DNA of 64,000 nucleotides, taken from the IMG/VR virus record IMGVR_UViG_3300029267_002792; one strand, given 5' to 3'. A model generated the notes under the pieces. That model was not told the origin of the DNA and searched no databases. It saw only the letters and a program-made list of their open reading frames with translations. The translations under genes were made by a program, and so were the position numbers. Below are positions 37,868-46,608 of the stretch, piece after piece. Numbering within the stretch: the stretch's first letter is position 1; each line of letters begins with the position of its first letter. Source of the DNA: a virus.

Positions 37868-39840
37868 CAGCCCTTCCTCGTGTAGACCGAGTATCTCACT
37901 CCGTCAATGTTGATGGTCATGCGATTGTCGTGCACGCGCCGAGCCTGCATGGTCGACCAGTCCGACCCCAGCATCTGCAACAAGGAATCGGGAATCTCCT
38001 GCCGAGTTCGGTCCGGACGCTCCACGCTTCCCCGAGAGTCCTGACCCCGACGATTCACGCCCTTGCCAGTTGAGCGCTTGATGGGCTTTCCGGCCTTGAC
38101 CCCCTGCATATCGCTACTCGTGCGCTTCCGGAATAGCGCACCGCGGGGAGTGTCCCTGCGTCCAATGGACGCACGTGGGGGTGACTCTGCCGGAGCCTCG
38201 GCCAGCGCGCTCTCTGCGCGACGAGGGTCCGCCTGCAGACCGAAGTAAGCGCCCGGAGGTGCCTCCTCCACGAAGTCGAGAGCGGGGCGCAGAGCCTGCT
38301 CCATGCGCCCGCGAGGGGCAATCGGCCCTTGCTCGACCTGTTTCACGTCGCACACGGAGTCGTTCTGCGAGGCTATCTGGTTGCGCGCCTTGCGCTCGTG
38401 TGCCTTGCAGACGGGGATGTAGGCCCGACCGTCTGCCCAGATGAGGCTGACTGCGGCGGGTTCGTCACAGTATTTGCACTTCTGAGCTTTCGTGGCCGTG
38501 CCCTCTTCCAGCGACTCTGTGCGCGGCCGGTGCCCAGTCATGAACTGCCGGAAGCGATCGTGCTGGTCCTTGGTGAGCTTCTGCTTCATCACGTAGAACA
38601 TGAAGACCTCGGCAAAGTCCTCAGCTGGGCTCACACCCCCGTACTCGGACACAGCCGGAACGTCACCGAACCACTTCGAGAAGTTGGCCCGGTCCTGCCT
38701 GGTCATGTGTTTGTACCAGTACCGATGGCCGATCTCGTGGATCGCCAGACCTGGAATATCGTGCACCTTCAGGCTGCCGTAGAGGTGGATCTTGTCCCCC
38801 TTGCGGTAATACCTGCCACCAACACCGAAATGGGCACCGTGCTGGTTCGTGCCTGCCCGTTCTTTCGGCTCCACAATGAAGTGCCCGCGGAAGAGCTTGC
38901 CGAGGCGGACTGCCCGCAGCATCCCCTGGGCCTGTTTGAGCCCATCGACGAATTCTGCTCGCCGCCGAGGGTGCATGTATCCGCCGCCGTACTTCGTCCT
39001 CGACGTCAGCTTCGTCTCAGAGCCTCCCGACTTCGTATAGCTATGCGAGCCTACCTTTCGCGGTGAGATGATGCTATGTGGCTCATCCCCGATGCGCGGC
39101 ATGTCCTGGAAGACAACCGTCGCCTTGCCAAGGTGCACCACTTCAGGCTCGTGCTCGCCCCAATCGATGGGAACCTGCTTCTTCACATAGCGCTTCTTGC
39201 TCCGCCACTTCTCGCTCCCCGTGGTCGGGTACTCCATGGAGTAGGAGTATGACGTGGCGAGGATCTTCGTCAGATGCCGAAGGAGACGACCAGAGATTGC
39301 CTTGTCCGCCTCCTCGACGGCATTGTCTACGTTGACGCCGATACCGTTGAGATACCAGTCGAACTTCTCCTTGTCGTTCTGGAGCCGCTTGTACCAGTAC
39401 CCGGTGTGACCGAAGCGGTCGACCTCCTGCGCGTCGGTCTTGGCTCCCGTGACACGCATGATCCCGTCATCGATCGCCTCCTCGGCAGCGTCCAGCTCGT
39501 CGATGACCTTGGTCTTGTAGCGCCGGATCATGCTGACTTCTTTCTTCCCCTGCGCCTCAGAGGGAAGATCCCAGAAGCCCTTGTTCAGGAGAAGGTCGTC
39601 ACGGAGCCGACCGATGTAGCGCTTGACGTTCTGGAGTGCTGCCTCACCGCCCTCCGAGGCATCGTAGATGTACTGGAAGTCAATCTTCGGGGCCTTTGAC
39701 CGGCGCCCCCTGAATTTTCTGGTCTGCTTCGCCAGCGCCTTCCATCCAGCCCGCACACCCTTGATCCATTGGTCGTCTATCGTGCCCTCTGCAAGAGCCT
39801 GCAGACCAACACGCTGAGCCTCTGTGAAGATAGCCTCCAT
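37867..39840 (-). CDS. 657-aa protein with zincin metallopeptidase domain
   Basis: HEIGH followed by VSEYG..SPAEDFAEVF. Confidence 0.7.
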   Translation of the reverse strand: MEAIFTEAQRVGLQALAEGTIDDQWIKGVRAGWKALAKQTRKFRGRRSKAPKIDFQYIYDASEGGEAALQNVKRYIGRLRDDLLLNKGFWDLPSEAQGKKEVSMIRRYKTKVIDELDAAEEAIDDGIMRVTGAKTDAQEVDRFGHTGYWYKRLQNDKEKFDWYLNGIGVNVDNAVEEADKAISGRLLRHLTKILATSYSYSMEYPTTGSEKWRSKKRYVKKQVPIDWGEHEPEVVHLGKATVVFQDMPRIGDEPHSIISPRKVGSHSYTKSGGSETKLTSRTKYGGGYMHPRRRAEFVDGLKQAQGMLRAVRLGKLFRGHFIVEPKERAGTNQHGAHFGVGGRYYRKGDKIHLYGSLKVHDIPGLAIHEIGHRYWYKHMTRQDRANFSKWFGDVPAVSEYGGVSPAEDFAEVFMFYVMKQKLTKDQHDRFRQFMTGHRPRTESLEEGTATKAQKCKYCDEPAAVSLIWADGRAYIPVCKAHERKARNQIASQNDSVCDVKQVEQGPIAPRGRMEQALRPALDFVEEAPPGAYFGLQADPRRAESALAEAPAESPPRASIGRRDTPRGALFRKRTSSDMQGVKAGKPIKRSTGKGVNRRGQDSRGSVERPDRTRQEIPDSLLQMLGSDWSTMQARRVHDNRMTINIDGVRYSVYTRKG

Positions 39841-39843
39841 GGA

Positions 39844-40398
39844 TTACTCCGATACCTGATTCACCGCGAACGTAATCGCAACCGTCACAGCCGCCCCGAC
39901 TACAACCCCAACCGCTGTCAAGATCGTACCATCGTGTCTTTCCCACCAGCTGGGCTGGAGCCTCGAAATCTCCTCACGGTCGGCCGCTACCTGTGCTTCG
40001 TATAGGTCGCGGTGAGCTGCCCACACACGGCGGTCCGACTCGTAGGTTCGACGCAGCTCCGTGTAGCGGATGCGGTAGATGGCATCACGATTCGCCCGAG
40101 ACTCCGACACGAAAATACCAGAATGCTCGGGACAGGGTCCGGGAACGACCTGAGGCTCGTCCGATGCTGGAAGCTCAAAACCGGCCTCGGGAATGCACTC
40201 CCCACGGTCCACTGGCATGACGTACCCTTCGGGCAGGTCCAGCGGAGTGTCCGCGGGCAGAGGCTCCGATCTTGCGTCGACAGGTAGCGCTCGCGACTCC
40301 GGGCGACGATCCTCCGCCACCAGCGGGTGAAGATCGGGGCGCTGGGCTCCACCACAACCAACCACACCAAGAACAAAGATGGCTAAGAACCTTCGCAC
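39844..40398 (-). CDS. lipoprotein with C-terminal TM helix (unimolecular spanin-like topology)
   Basis: Lipobox VVGC at residue 15; coiled coil; C-terminal ILTAVGVVVGAAVTVAITFAV. Confidence 0.55.
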   Translation of the reverse strand: MRRFLAIFVLGVVGCGGAQRPDLHPLVAEDRRPESRALPVDARSEPLPADTPLDLPEGYVMPVDRGECIPEAGFELPASDEPQVVPGPCPEHSGIFVSESRANRDAIYRIRYTELRRTYESDRRVWAAHRDLYEAQVAADREEISRLQPSWWERHDGTILTAVGVVVGAAVTVAITFAVNQVSE

Positions 40399-40403
40399 GC
40401 CTC

Positions 40404-40604
40404 TTACTCCTCCAGGTAGGCCTCAAACCGAAGCCAGCGGTTCATGCGTTCCTTGCGCTCGTCGCAGTCGTCGCAGTGCTCGATCCCGAGCGCTTCGGTC
40501 GCCTTTCGCACAACGTCCCCGGCACCGATCGACTTCTTCAGGCCGGGGACCTTCAGACGGAGACGGGCCTTGACCGCCTCCAGGTGTTCCTCGCGGTCCC
40601 CCAT
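40404..40604 (-). CDS. small conserved phage protein (CxxC)
   Basis: GAGDVVRKATEALGIEHCDDCDERKERMN pattern. Confidence 0.55.
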   Translation of the reverse strand: MGDREEHLEAVKARLRLKVPGLKKSIGAGDVVRKATEALGIEHCDDCDERKERMNRWLRFEAYLEE

Positions 40605-40606
40605 CC

Positions 40607-41626
40607 TCAGTACCGCCTCATGTTCTTTTCGAGTTTGCCGATCAGCCCCTCTTCGTCGCGATACTCGGACGAAGGGGTGCTGTCATCCCAAGACCGCCTT
40701 TTCTTCAGGTGGTTCAAGACCGCATACAGGAGCTTCCACGGAACTGGATTGCCCGCCTTCGCGATCTTCAGAGCCTTGGAAAACACGTCGTTCGGACCGC
40801 GCACATTCTTCTCCAGAGCCGCTATGTCCCACTTAGACATTTTCAGCGCAGAAAGTTCTGCCTCGTCCAGCTCCACCTTCGGGAGCGCCCACGAGGGGTA
40901 CTCCCAGCGGGGGTTGCGGCAGCGGTCGATGAGGTCGGCCTTCATCTTCTCCAGCGTCGAAGGCTCAGCGTCCGAGACAGCGAAAGCTCCGGGAGCCCCG
41001 GCGACGGACTCCTTCATGCCCTTCGGCATCATTTTGTTCAGCTTCGCGAAGACGGGTCGAGCCTTCGCGAAGACCGCTCCGGGGTTGTCGTACCGATTCG
41101 ACTTGGAGCCTCTGCCGAGATCGAAAGAGAACGTCTTCTCGAACTTCCGGTCGTCCGCCTGTGTACCCTTCCGACGCACCGTGCCGTTGATACGCAAGAA
41201 GACCTCGCGAACATCGTTCGGTTTTGAGTGCCTGGGGGAGACCTCGTACTCGACACGATACATCCGAATCACGCCCGCATTGTCCACGTGGTTGAGCTGA
41301 AGACTCAGCGCGGCGAAGGTGCCGAAGGGAACGAACACCCGTCCATGCCGCATAGCAGCCCCGTAAGAGGTCCACCCCCCATAACCACTCATCTTCTCTA
41401 ACGCCGCACGGAAGCGAGGCTGAGCCTTGTTCAGGCGCGGAATCATCTTCTGCATCTCAGCCATCGAGTGCTGGTAAAGTCTCTCGTCCTCTTCTTCGTC
41501 CTCGTCATCATCTGAGAACAAATCGTCGAGAGCCCCCTCTTCGAGTCCACCATCCGCAGTCAGGGACCAATGCTTCCGAGCCCTACCCGGCATAAGATTG
41601 CGAGCTTCTTCAAGAATGGATGCCAT
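40607..41626 (-). CDS. hypothetical putative head-internal protein
   Basis: N-terminal MASILEEAR; MKES junction. Confidence 0.55.
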   Translation of the reverse strand: MASILEEARNLMPGRARKHWSLTADGGLEEGALDDLFSDDDEDEEEDERLYQHSMAEMQKMIPRLNKAQPRFRAALEKMSGYGGWTSYGAAMRHGRVFVPFGTFAALSLQLNHVDNAGVIRMYRVEYEVSPRHSKPNDVREVFLRINGTVRRKGTQADDRKFEKTFSFDLGRGSKSNRYDNPGAVFAKARPVFAKLNKMMPKGMKESVAGAPGAFAVSDAEPSTLEKMKADLIDRCRNPRWEYPSWALPKVELDEAELSALKMSKWDIAALEKNVRGPNDVFSKALKIAKAGNPVPWKLLYAVLNHLKKRRSWDDSTPSSEYRDEEGLIGKLEKNMRRY

Positions 41627-41635
41627 AGTCGTCCC

Positions 41636-41935
41636 CTACGTCACGCTCATAGAGCGAATTCGCACAGCCCACCTCACTCGCCGAGAATGAGAATGGGCTT
41701 TCATTGACTCGATCTCTTGTACCACATGGGTCGCTAGCTGAAACAGGGCAGTCTTCTCATCGTCTCCCCCGGTTCGATCCGGGTGGCACTCAAGAGCTAC
41801 AAGCTTGTAGGTCCCCTTCACACGCCGCTGGAGGGCTTCCAGGGACCGCTGACACGACTGCGCACGCACGAGATCGGAGTGGTCAACACCCAACTTCGAC
41901 ATGACCTCCGCAACCTGTGCGTCCGAGTAGTCCAT
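41636..41935 (-). CDS. J-domain (DnaJ-like) protein
   Basis: YKLVALECHPDRTGGD (HPD motif). Confidence 0.75.
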   Translation of the reverse strand: MDYSDAQVAEVMSKLGVDHSDLVRAQSCQRSLEALQRRVKGTYKLVALECHPDRTGGDDEKTALFQLATHVVQEIESMKAHSHSRRVRWAVRIRSMSVT

Positions 41936-42546
41936 CACAGCCTCAGCCGGAGCCCCGTCCACTCGGTGAACAGCGGCTGAAGCTGGTCGAAGTAGATGCC
42001 AGAGTAGGTCTTGACCTTCTTCACCTTGGTCCCACCGCCGCTGATGACTGAAAACTCCATGTCGTAGGTGTCATCGCCGCGGAGCGTGATCTTCACGTAA
42101 TTCCCCTTGGACCGCTTGCGATTCGGGAACTGGAAGGAGAGGGACTGGCCGTGGTCGATGAAGTGTTTGGCGCCGATCATCGCCTTCAGGCGGCCGGAGC
42201 CCCCCATCTGCTTCAGGATGGTCCTCGCGACCGACTCATCCAACGCCTCAACCTTCGGAGCCGGCTTCGCCCCGTGACTCTTCAAAAATGCGAGAAGATC
42301 GCCCGGGTCAGCATCACGAGGCTCGACTGAAGTCAGAATCCCGCCCAGGCGGCTAGCCTTGTCTTCCAGCTCCACGCCCTTTCCAACCTTCCGGTATCGC
42401 AGGAACTTCACGTCCGCCGGCTTGACGGCCTTGACGGAGAATGCCTTGGCCAGGACCCCCAGCATGGGGTCGGCCGACGCCTTTTCAGTGAGCGAGGGAC
42501 CAACACCAGTCAGTCGGTTGTACTCTTCGATAAGATGCTGCATCAC
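41935..42546 (-). CDS. two-domain phage protein
   Basis: LDES junction followed by the widespread ARTILKQMGG...DTYDMEF...YFDQL...TGL phage domain. Confidence 0.65.
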   Translation of the reverse strand: MMQHLIEEYNRLTGVGPSLTEKASADPMLGVLAKAFSVKAVKPADVKFLRYRKVGKGVELEDKASRLGGILTSVEPRDADPGDLLAFLKSHGAKPAPKVEALDESVARTILKQMGGSGRLKAMIGAKHFIDHGQSLSFQFPNRKRSKGNYVKITLRGDDTYDMEFSVISGGGTKVKKVKTYSGIYFDQLQPLFTEWTGLRLRL

Positions 42547-42878
42547 AATCTCCTCAACATCGCGGCGAGGCGACGGCGACGCTCAGCCCCGTCCTCTACC
42601 TGGTTGATGCGCTCCAGCTGCTCACGGTCGGCATCCGCGCGAACCTTGGCTTCAATGCGAGCAACGGTCGCCTCTTCTTCAGCCTGTGCCACCCGCTCCG
42701 TGATCCGCTCGTCAACAGGAGGCAACGGCTGCGGCTCTCCCGGCTTCGGTGGAGGCTTGGAGGGACGACCAGTGAAAAGACCCCGGAGGATGAAAACGAC
42801 AATCAGGAGCACAGCCCCCGAAACGCTCAAAATCACCCACTTGGACCGCTTCCATAGCGCTTTGAGCCACGCCGACAT
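42543..42878 (-). CDS. single-TM coiled-coil protein (i-spanin-like topology)
   Basis: N-terminal TM, Pro-rich linker, coiled coil. Confidence 0.45.
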   Translation of the reverse strand: MSAWLKALWKRSKWVILSVSGAVLLIVVFILRGLFTGRPSKPPPKPGEPQPLPPVDERITERVAQAEEEATVARIEAKVRADADREQLERINQVEDGAERRRRLAAMLRRL

Positions 42879-42922
42879 GACGTAGCGATCATACATCTAA
42901 ACGACGTAGAGTGATAGTCGGC

Positions 42923-43204
42923 TCAGAACAACGCCAGCTGCCGCGCGATAGCTCGCCCATCAATGGGCTTGATCAATGGCTCAACGAGATCGATATACAC
43001 GCTTATGCCCAAACGATGCAGGCGGTCTCGCAAATCTGGAACCGAGGGCTCCTTCGCCTGGATCGTGTACCAGCCGGCGGTTGAGTCCACCTCGGTTCCC
43101 AAGCCGTGCTCGTAAACACGCCCCAACTTGGCCACCTCACGTTTGAAAGCCTCAACGGATTCTCGGGTATTGCACCGAGGTACCCGCAGGAAGTACCACG
43201 CCAT
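42923..43204 (-). CDS. hypothetical protein
   Basis: Start at MAWYFL with RBS. Confidence 0.45.
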   Translation of the reverse strand: MAWYFLRVPRCNTRESVEAFKREVAKLGRVYEHGLGTEVDSTAGWYTIQAKEPSVPDLRDRLHRLGISVYIDLVEPLIKPIDGRAIARQLALF

Positions 43205-43227
43205 CGTCCGCCTCCCAAACTCTCGTC

Positions 43228-44061
43228 CTAGCGCTGGTAGTACTTCAGCGCCTGTCTCGCCAGCCGAGCCACGTGTCGGTCCCGCTTGTTGTGCTGGAAC
43301 AGGTGGTCGGCTTCGTCCCACGTCACCAAACGCGCCCACTCGGTTTCCCGAGTCGGGCGGGGGTGCCCTCCCGTCTTCACGGCGAGGAAATAGTGGGTCC
43401 AGGAGTAGGACCCCTCGAACTTCCCCAGGTAGGACACCTTGCCTGGCAGGATCTTCACGCGGAGACCTGTCTCCTCCCATACCTCGCGAAGAGCCGTCTG
43501 TCGGAGGGACTCTCCCTTGTCCACGCTCCCCTTCGGGAAGCTCGGAGGTCCGTAGTTGTTCGAGGGCTTGATCACGTAGACATGATCCAAGTCATCCATC
43601 GAATCGATAACGACGCATCCGGCCGAAGTCCATTTTGGCTTAGGCTTCGCCGGCTCCTTGCCAACGATCAACGCCCCCTTGTTCTCAGCTGACGCGGCTT
43701 TCGCCTCGGCCCTAGAGACAACGGCCATGTGGTAGTAGCCGCCAGTCTCAATCTTCGGGTGACCGACCGCCAGACCGAGCCCCAGCTCCTTCAGCCGTTT
43801 GGCGAATGCCTCCACCCCCACCGAGTGCTTCGGAACCTTCAGCATGACCAGATTCGGATCGGCGTCCTTAGCACCCGAAGGGGTGTACTTGAACACCTCG
43901 ATCGGGCGGGGCTTCGGGGTTTTGGGGCTCAAGGTCTTGGGCGTGGACGTGGAATGGTACCCTCCCTTCTTGGGGAGCGGTCCCATTGCCTTAGCGACTT
44001 GACCGAGCTTCATCCCTAGCAAGCCAAGCGGGGGAGGTTCGTACGGTTTCTTCCCGGCCAT
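43228..44061 (-). CDS. NUDIX hydrolase with N-terminal extension
   Basis: Nudix box GSVDKGESLRQTALREVWEETGL. Confidence 0.88.
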   Translation of the reverse strand: MAGKKPYEPPPLGLLGMKLGQVAKAMGPLPKKGGYHSTSTPKTLSPKTPKPRPIEVFKYTPSGAKDADPNLVMLKVPKHSVGVEAFAKRLKELGLGLAVGHPKIETGGYYHMAVVSRAEAKAASAENKGALIVGKEPAKPKPKWTSAGCVVIDSMDDLDHVYVIKPSNNYGPPSFPKGSVDKGESLRQTALREVWEETGLRVKILPGKVSYLGKFEGSYSWTHYFLAVKTGGHPRPTRETEWARLVTWDEADHLFQHNKRDRHVARLARQALKYYQR

Positions 44062-44065
44062 CGCT

Positions 44066-45177
44066 TCACCACGCGTACACTACAAAATCGTTGCCATTAC
44101 CGCGTACAGCGATCCCAGCTTCCTTCCGCGACATCAGAATCGAGCCAGACGCCGGTACTTGTCCGTGATCGTTCACACCGTCAAATGAGAAGTAGATTGC
44201 CGACACCCCGTTGTTGATGATCATCATCTCCTCGGACCAGATCATGGGGTGGGGATCATCCCCGCGCTGCCCAGTCCCTAGAGGGGGAGCCCCCAGGTTG
44301 GTGGGGCCGCTATAGTCCGGGGCTGACACATCTTCCCCCGGACGAACTTCTGGGAGAGGTGTGTACGGGTTTGCCCCAACCTGATCGGCGAATAGGTAGG
44401 CCCGATCGGCGTAGGCTGCTGTAGCCGTCGCCGCGATGTAAAATCGGATGTTTCGTTGTCCGCTCGGGAACCTTGGCGGCCATCCTGTCGGGAAAGGCAT
44501 GTCACTCCTCCTCGATCACCAGCGTGATGGCACGAGCAAGCAGCTGGGCCACCGTCATGTTTTTCTTCGCCGCCGCGTCGGACAGGGCCTTGTAGACCGG
44601 ACTGGGAAATGGAAGCATGATCCAATCCTCCCCAGGCTCCGGCGCAGCGTCGGCCTCAGCCTCGATCTCGTCGATATGTGAAGCTACCGGTCTGATCGGC
44701 ATCCCCTGAAACCTACCATCTCGGAGGGTTGTACTACAAGGGCTAGGGTGCTCCACGCTTCGGGAGCCAATGCCCCATGCCCCACGAATTGTACGGACCA
44801 CCGGGCGTGCTACCCCCGATCCTAGGCCGCTTCTGCCAAGCAGCACCCGCCTTGCGCCACTCAATGGCCATTTCGAGGAGCCGCCAATCTTCCGGGGACA
44901 GATCGAGAGGATCAACACCAGAGTTCTCGATCGCCTTCTTCAGGAGGTCAACCTCATCCAACTCGGGATGTTTGGGGATGAGATCGGAGGCGTGCTTCCA
45001 CACTACCTCTGCTGTCTCGGTGCGGTAGGGCCACGCCTGCTGCACACCATCCCGGTTCATCGGGACGGATAGCTGCCCTAACGGCGCGTAGAACCCCTTC
45101 CACGCGGCTGAAGAACGCTGCGGACTCGGAGCCCCCAGCGTCTCTCCCAAGACCTTCAGGAGGGCTTTTCGGCTCAT
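44066..45177 (-). other. three CDS (44066-44500 structural-like; 44502-44702 RHH-like; 44743-45177)
   Basis: ORF track; starts adjusted to RBS-bearing ATGs. Confidence 0.5.
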
Positions 45178-46007
45178 GGTGACACTCCTGATGCACCGGC
45201 CCGAGCCGCAGCGACCATCTTGTGCCAAACCATATACTGATCCATACCTGCTGCCGACGGGAACCTAACTCGCCCAGCTCTCTGCGGGACCTCGGCGAAG
45301 GCGAGGCTCACCGAGGCGATTCGGATGTTCCCAGAGGGGAAGAACGCCTCAAGCGTGATGTCGCAAGAGGTCATAATACAGAGGACACCCCCACCGCGAG
45401 GGCTGAACCCTCCCGCCCCGCCAAACAGCTCGATCTCAGAGCCGGGAAAGTGGAGCAGGAGCTTGTGTGGCGGCCTGGTGAGAGGAACACCGATCTCAGC
45501 GTTCTCCCCGTACCGCGGAAGCATGAACCGACGGAGCCAAATCAGCATACCGGGAATGAACGGACTCCGGTCCCGAACCCCCGAAGCTTGAAGGCGCTTG
45601 TACAAAGCCTCAATCGCCCCGTCCACTGTCTGCGTCCGAAACTCAACACCCGGTGGAAGAGTCTGGTCACCTAGTAGCGACCCTGTCCCTCCGTCGTAAT
45701 CAATCGTCTGCTGGTCCGCCAGGTGATCAACGTCGGTTGTGAAGTAAGCTGTGAACGAGATCGCCCGCTCTCCCGACCCTGTAAATTGGTAGAGGGGGAG
45801 AGTCCCCCCGGGGACCTCTTTCGGCTGGTAGTTGACTTGCTTTGTGTCGGAAACGGACTCGGGGAAGTACTGGAATTTTCTCCACTGAGGAACCCCAGTC
45901 GTCATAGCTGGGCGGTCATCGTCATTCAGCTCGGTCAGGTAGACCTCACTGCGACGAGTAGCGGAGACGCTCTGAATCCCCGCCGCCAGCGTCCCCAGGG
46001 TCGGCAC
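45174..46007 (-). CDS. tail tube initiator / contractile tail tube-like protein
   Basis: FQYFPESVSDTKQVNY...VPGGTLPLYQFTGSGERAISF pattern. Confidence 0.6.
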   Translation of the reverse strand: MPTLGTLAAGIQSVSATRRSEVYLTELNDDDRPAMTTGVPQWRKFQYFPESVSDTKQVNYQPKEVPGGTLPLYQFTGSGERAISFTAYFTTDVDHLADQQTIDYDGGTGSLLGDQTLPPGVEFRTQTVDGAIEALYKRLQASGVRDRSPFIPGMLIWLRRFMLPRYGENAEIGVPLTRPPHKLLLHFPGSEIELFGGAGGFSPRGGGVLCIMTSCDITLEAFFPSGNIRIASVSLAFAEVPQRAGRVRFPSAAGMDQYMVWHKMVAAARAGASGVSP

Positions 46008-46021
46008 TCAGCCCTCCCGGC

Positions 46022-46546
46022 CTAGTCCGACTCGTAGCCCTTGTGGTGCGGCTTCTTCGGGGCTTTGAAGGTCTTCCCGGCAGCGAAGCGCTTGGCGTGC
46101 TTCTGGCGCCACTTCTTGTAGCGCTGGTTGTAGCCCGCCTTGTACTGCTTCTTGATCTCGACGTGCTTGACCTTGCCCTTGTTCTCCTCGCCCTTGCCGG
46201 TGCAGATGCAGTGGTAGTGGCTGCAACGGCAGCGCCACTGCCCCCTCTTCCGGCCAGGAGTCGTCGTGCTCGGACCCTTGATACGAGCCACAGCTTTCGA
46301 GGTGCCGCCGAGGTGCTTGCCCTTCTTCAAGTTCTTGAAAGGGTTGTGCCGAGTAGAGGCCGCGTGACCCTTCTTGATCTTGGACATCACCTTCTTGGCG
46401 TGGGACTGGGCATCCGCACCGTGCTTCGGGTTGCCCTTCTCATGCGTCGCGGCGATCCGAGACATCACGCTCGCCTTGTGCGCCTTCTTCATGCCGGAGA
46501 CCTCGTGAAGATCGAGGATGCCACGCACCTCCTCCACGAGACTCAT
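46022..46546 (-). CDS. highly basic Lys/His-rich protein (putative DNA-condensing internal protein)
   Basis: MSLVEEVR start; very high K/R/H content; CRCSHYHCIC. Confidence 0.55.
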   Translation of the reverse strand: MSLVEEVRGILDLHEVSGMKKAHKASVMSRIAATHEKGNPKHGADAQSHAKKVMSKIKKGHAASTRHNPFKNLKKGKHLGGTSKAVARIKGPSTTTPGRKRGQWRCRCSHYHCICTGKGEENKGKVKHVEIKKQYKAGYNQRYKKWRQKHAKRFAAGKTFKAPKKPHHKGYESD

Positions 46547-46608
46547 GATTCGCTCCATACGCTCCACGTCAAACCCTCCAAGTCTAGAACCGAGTTGTAC
46601 CACAGCCC

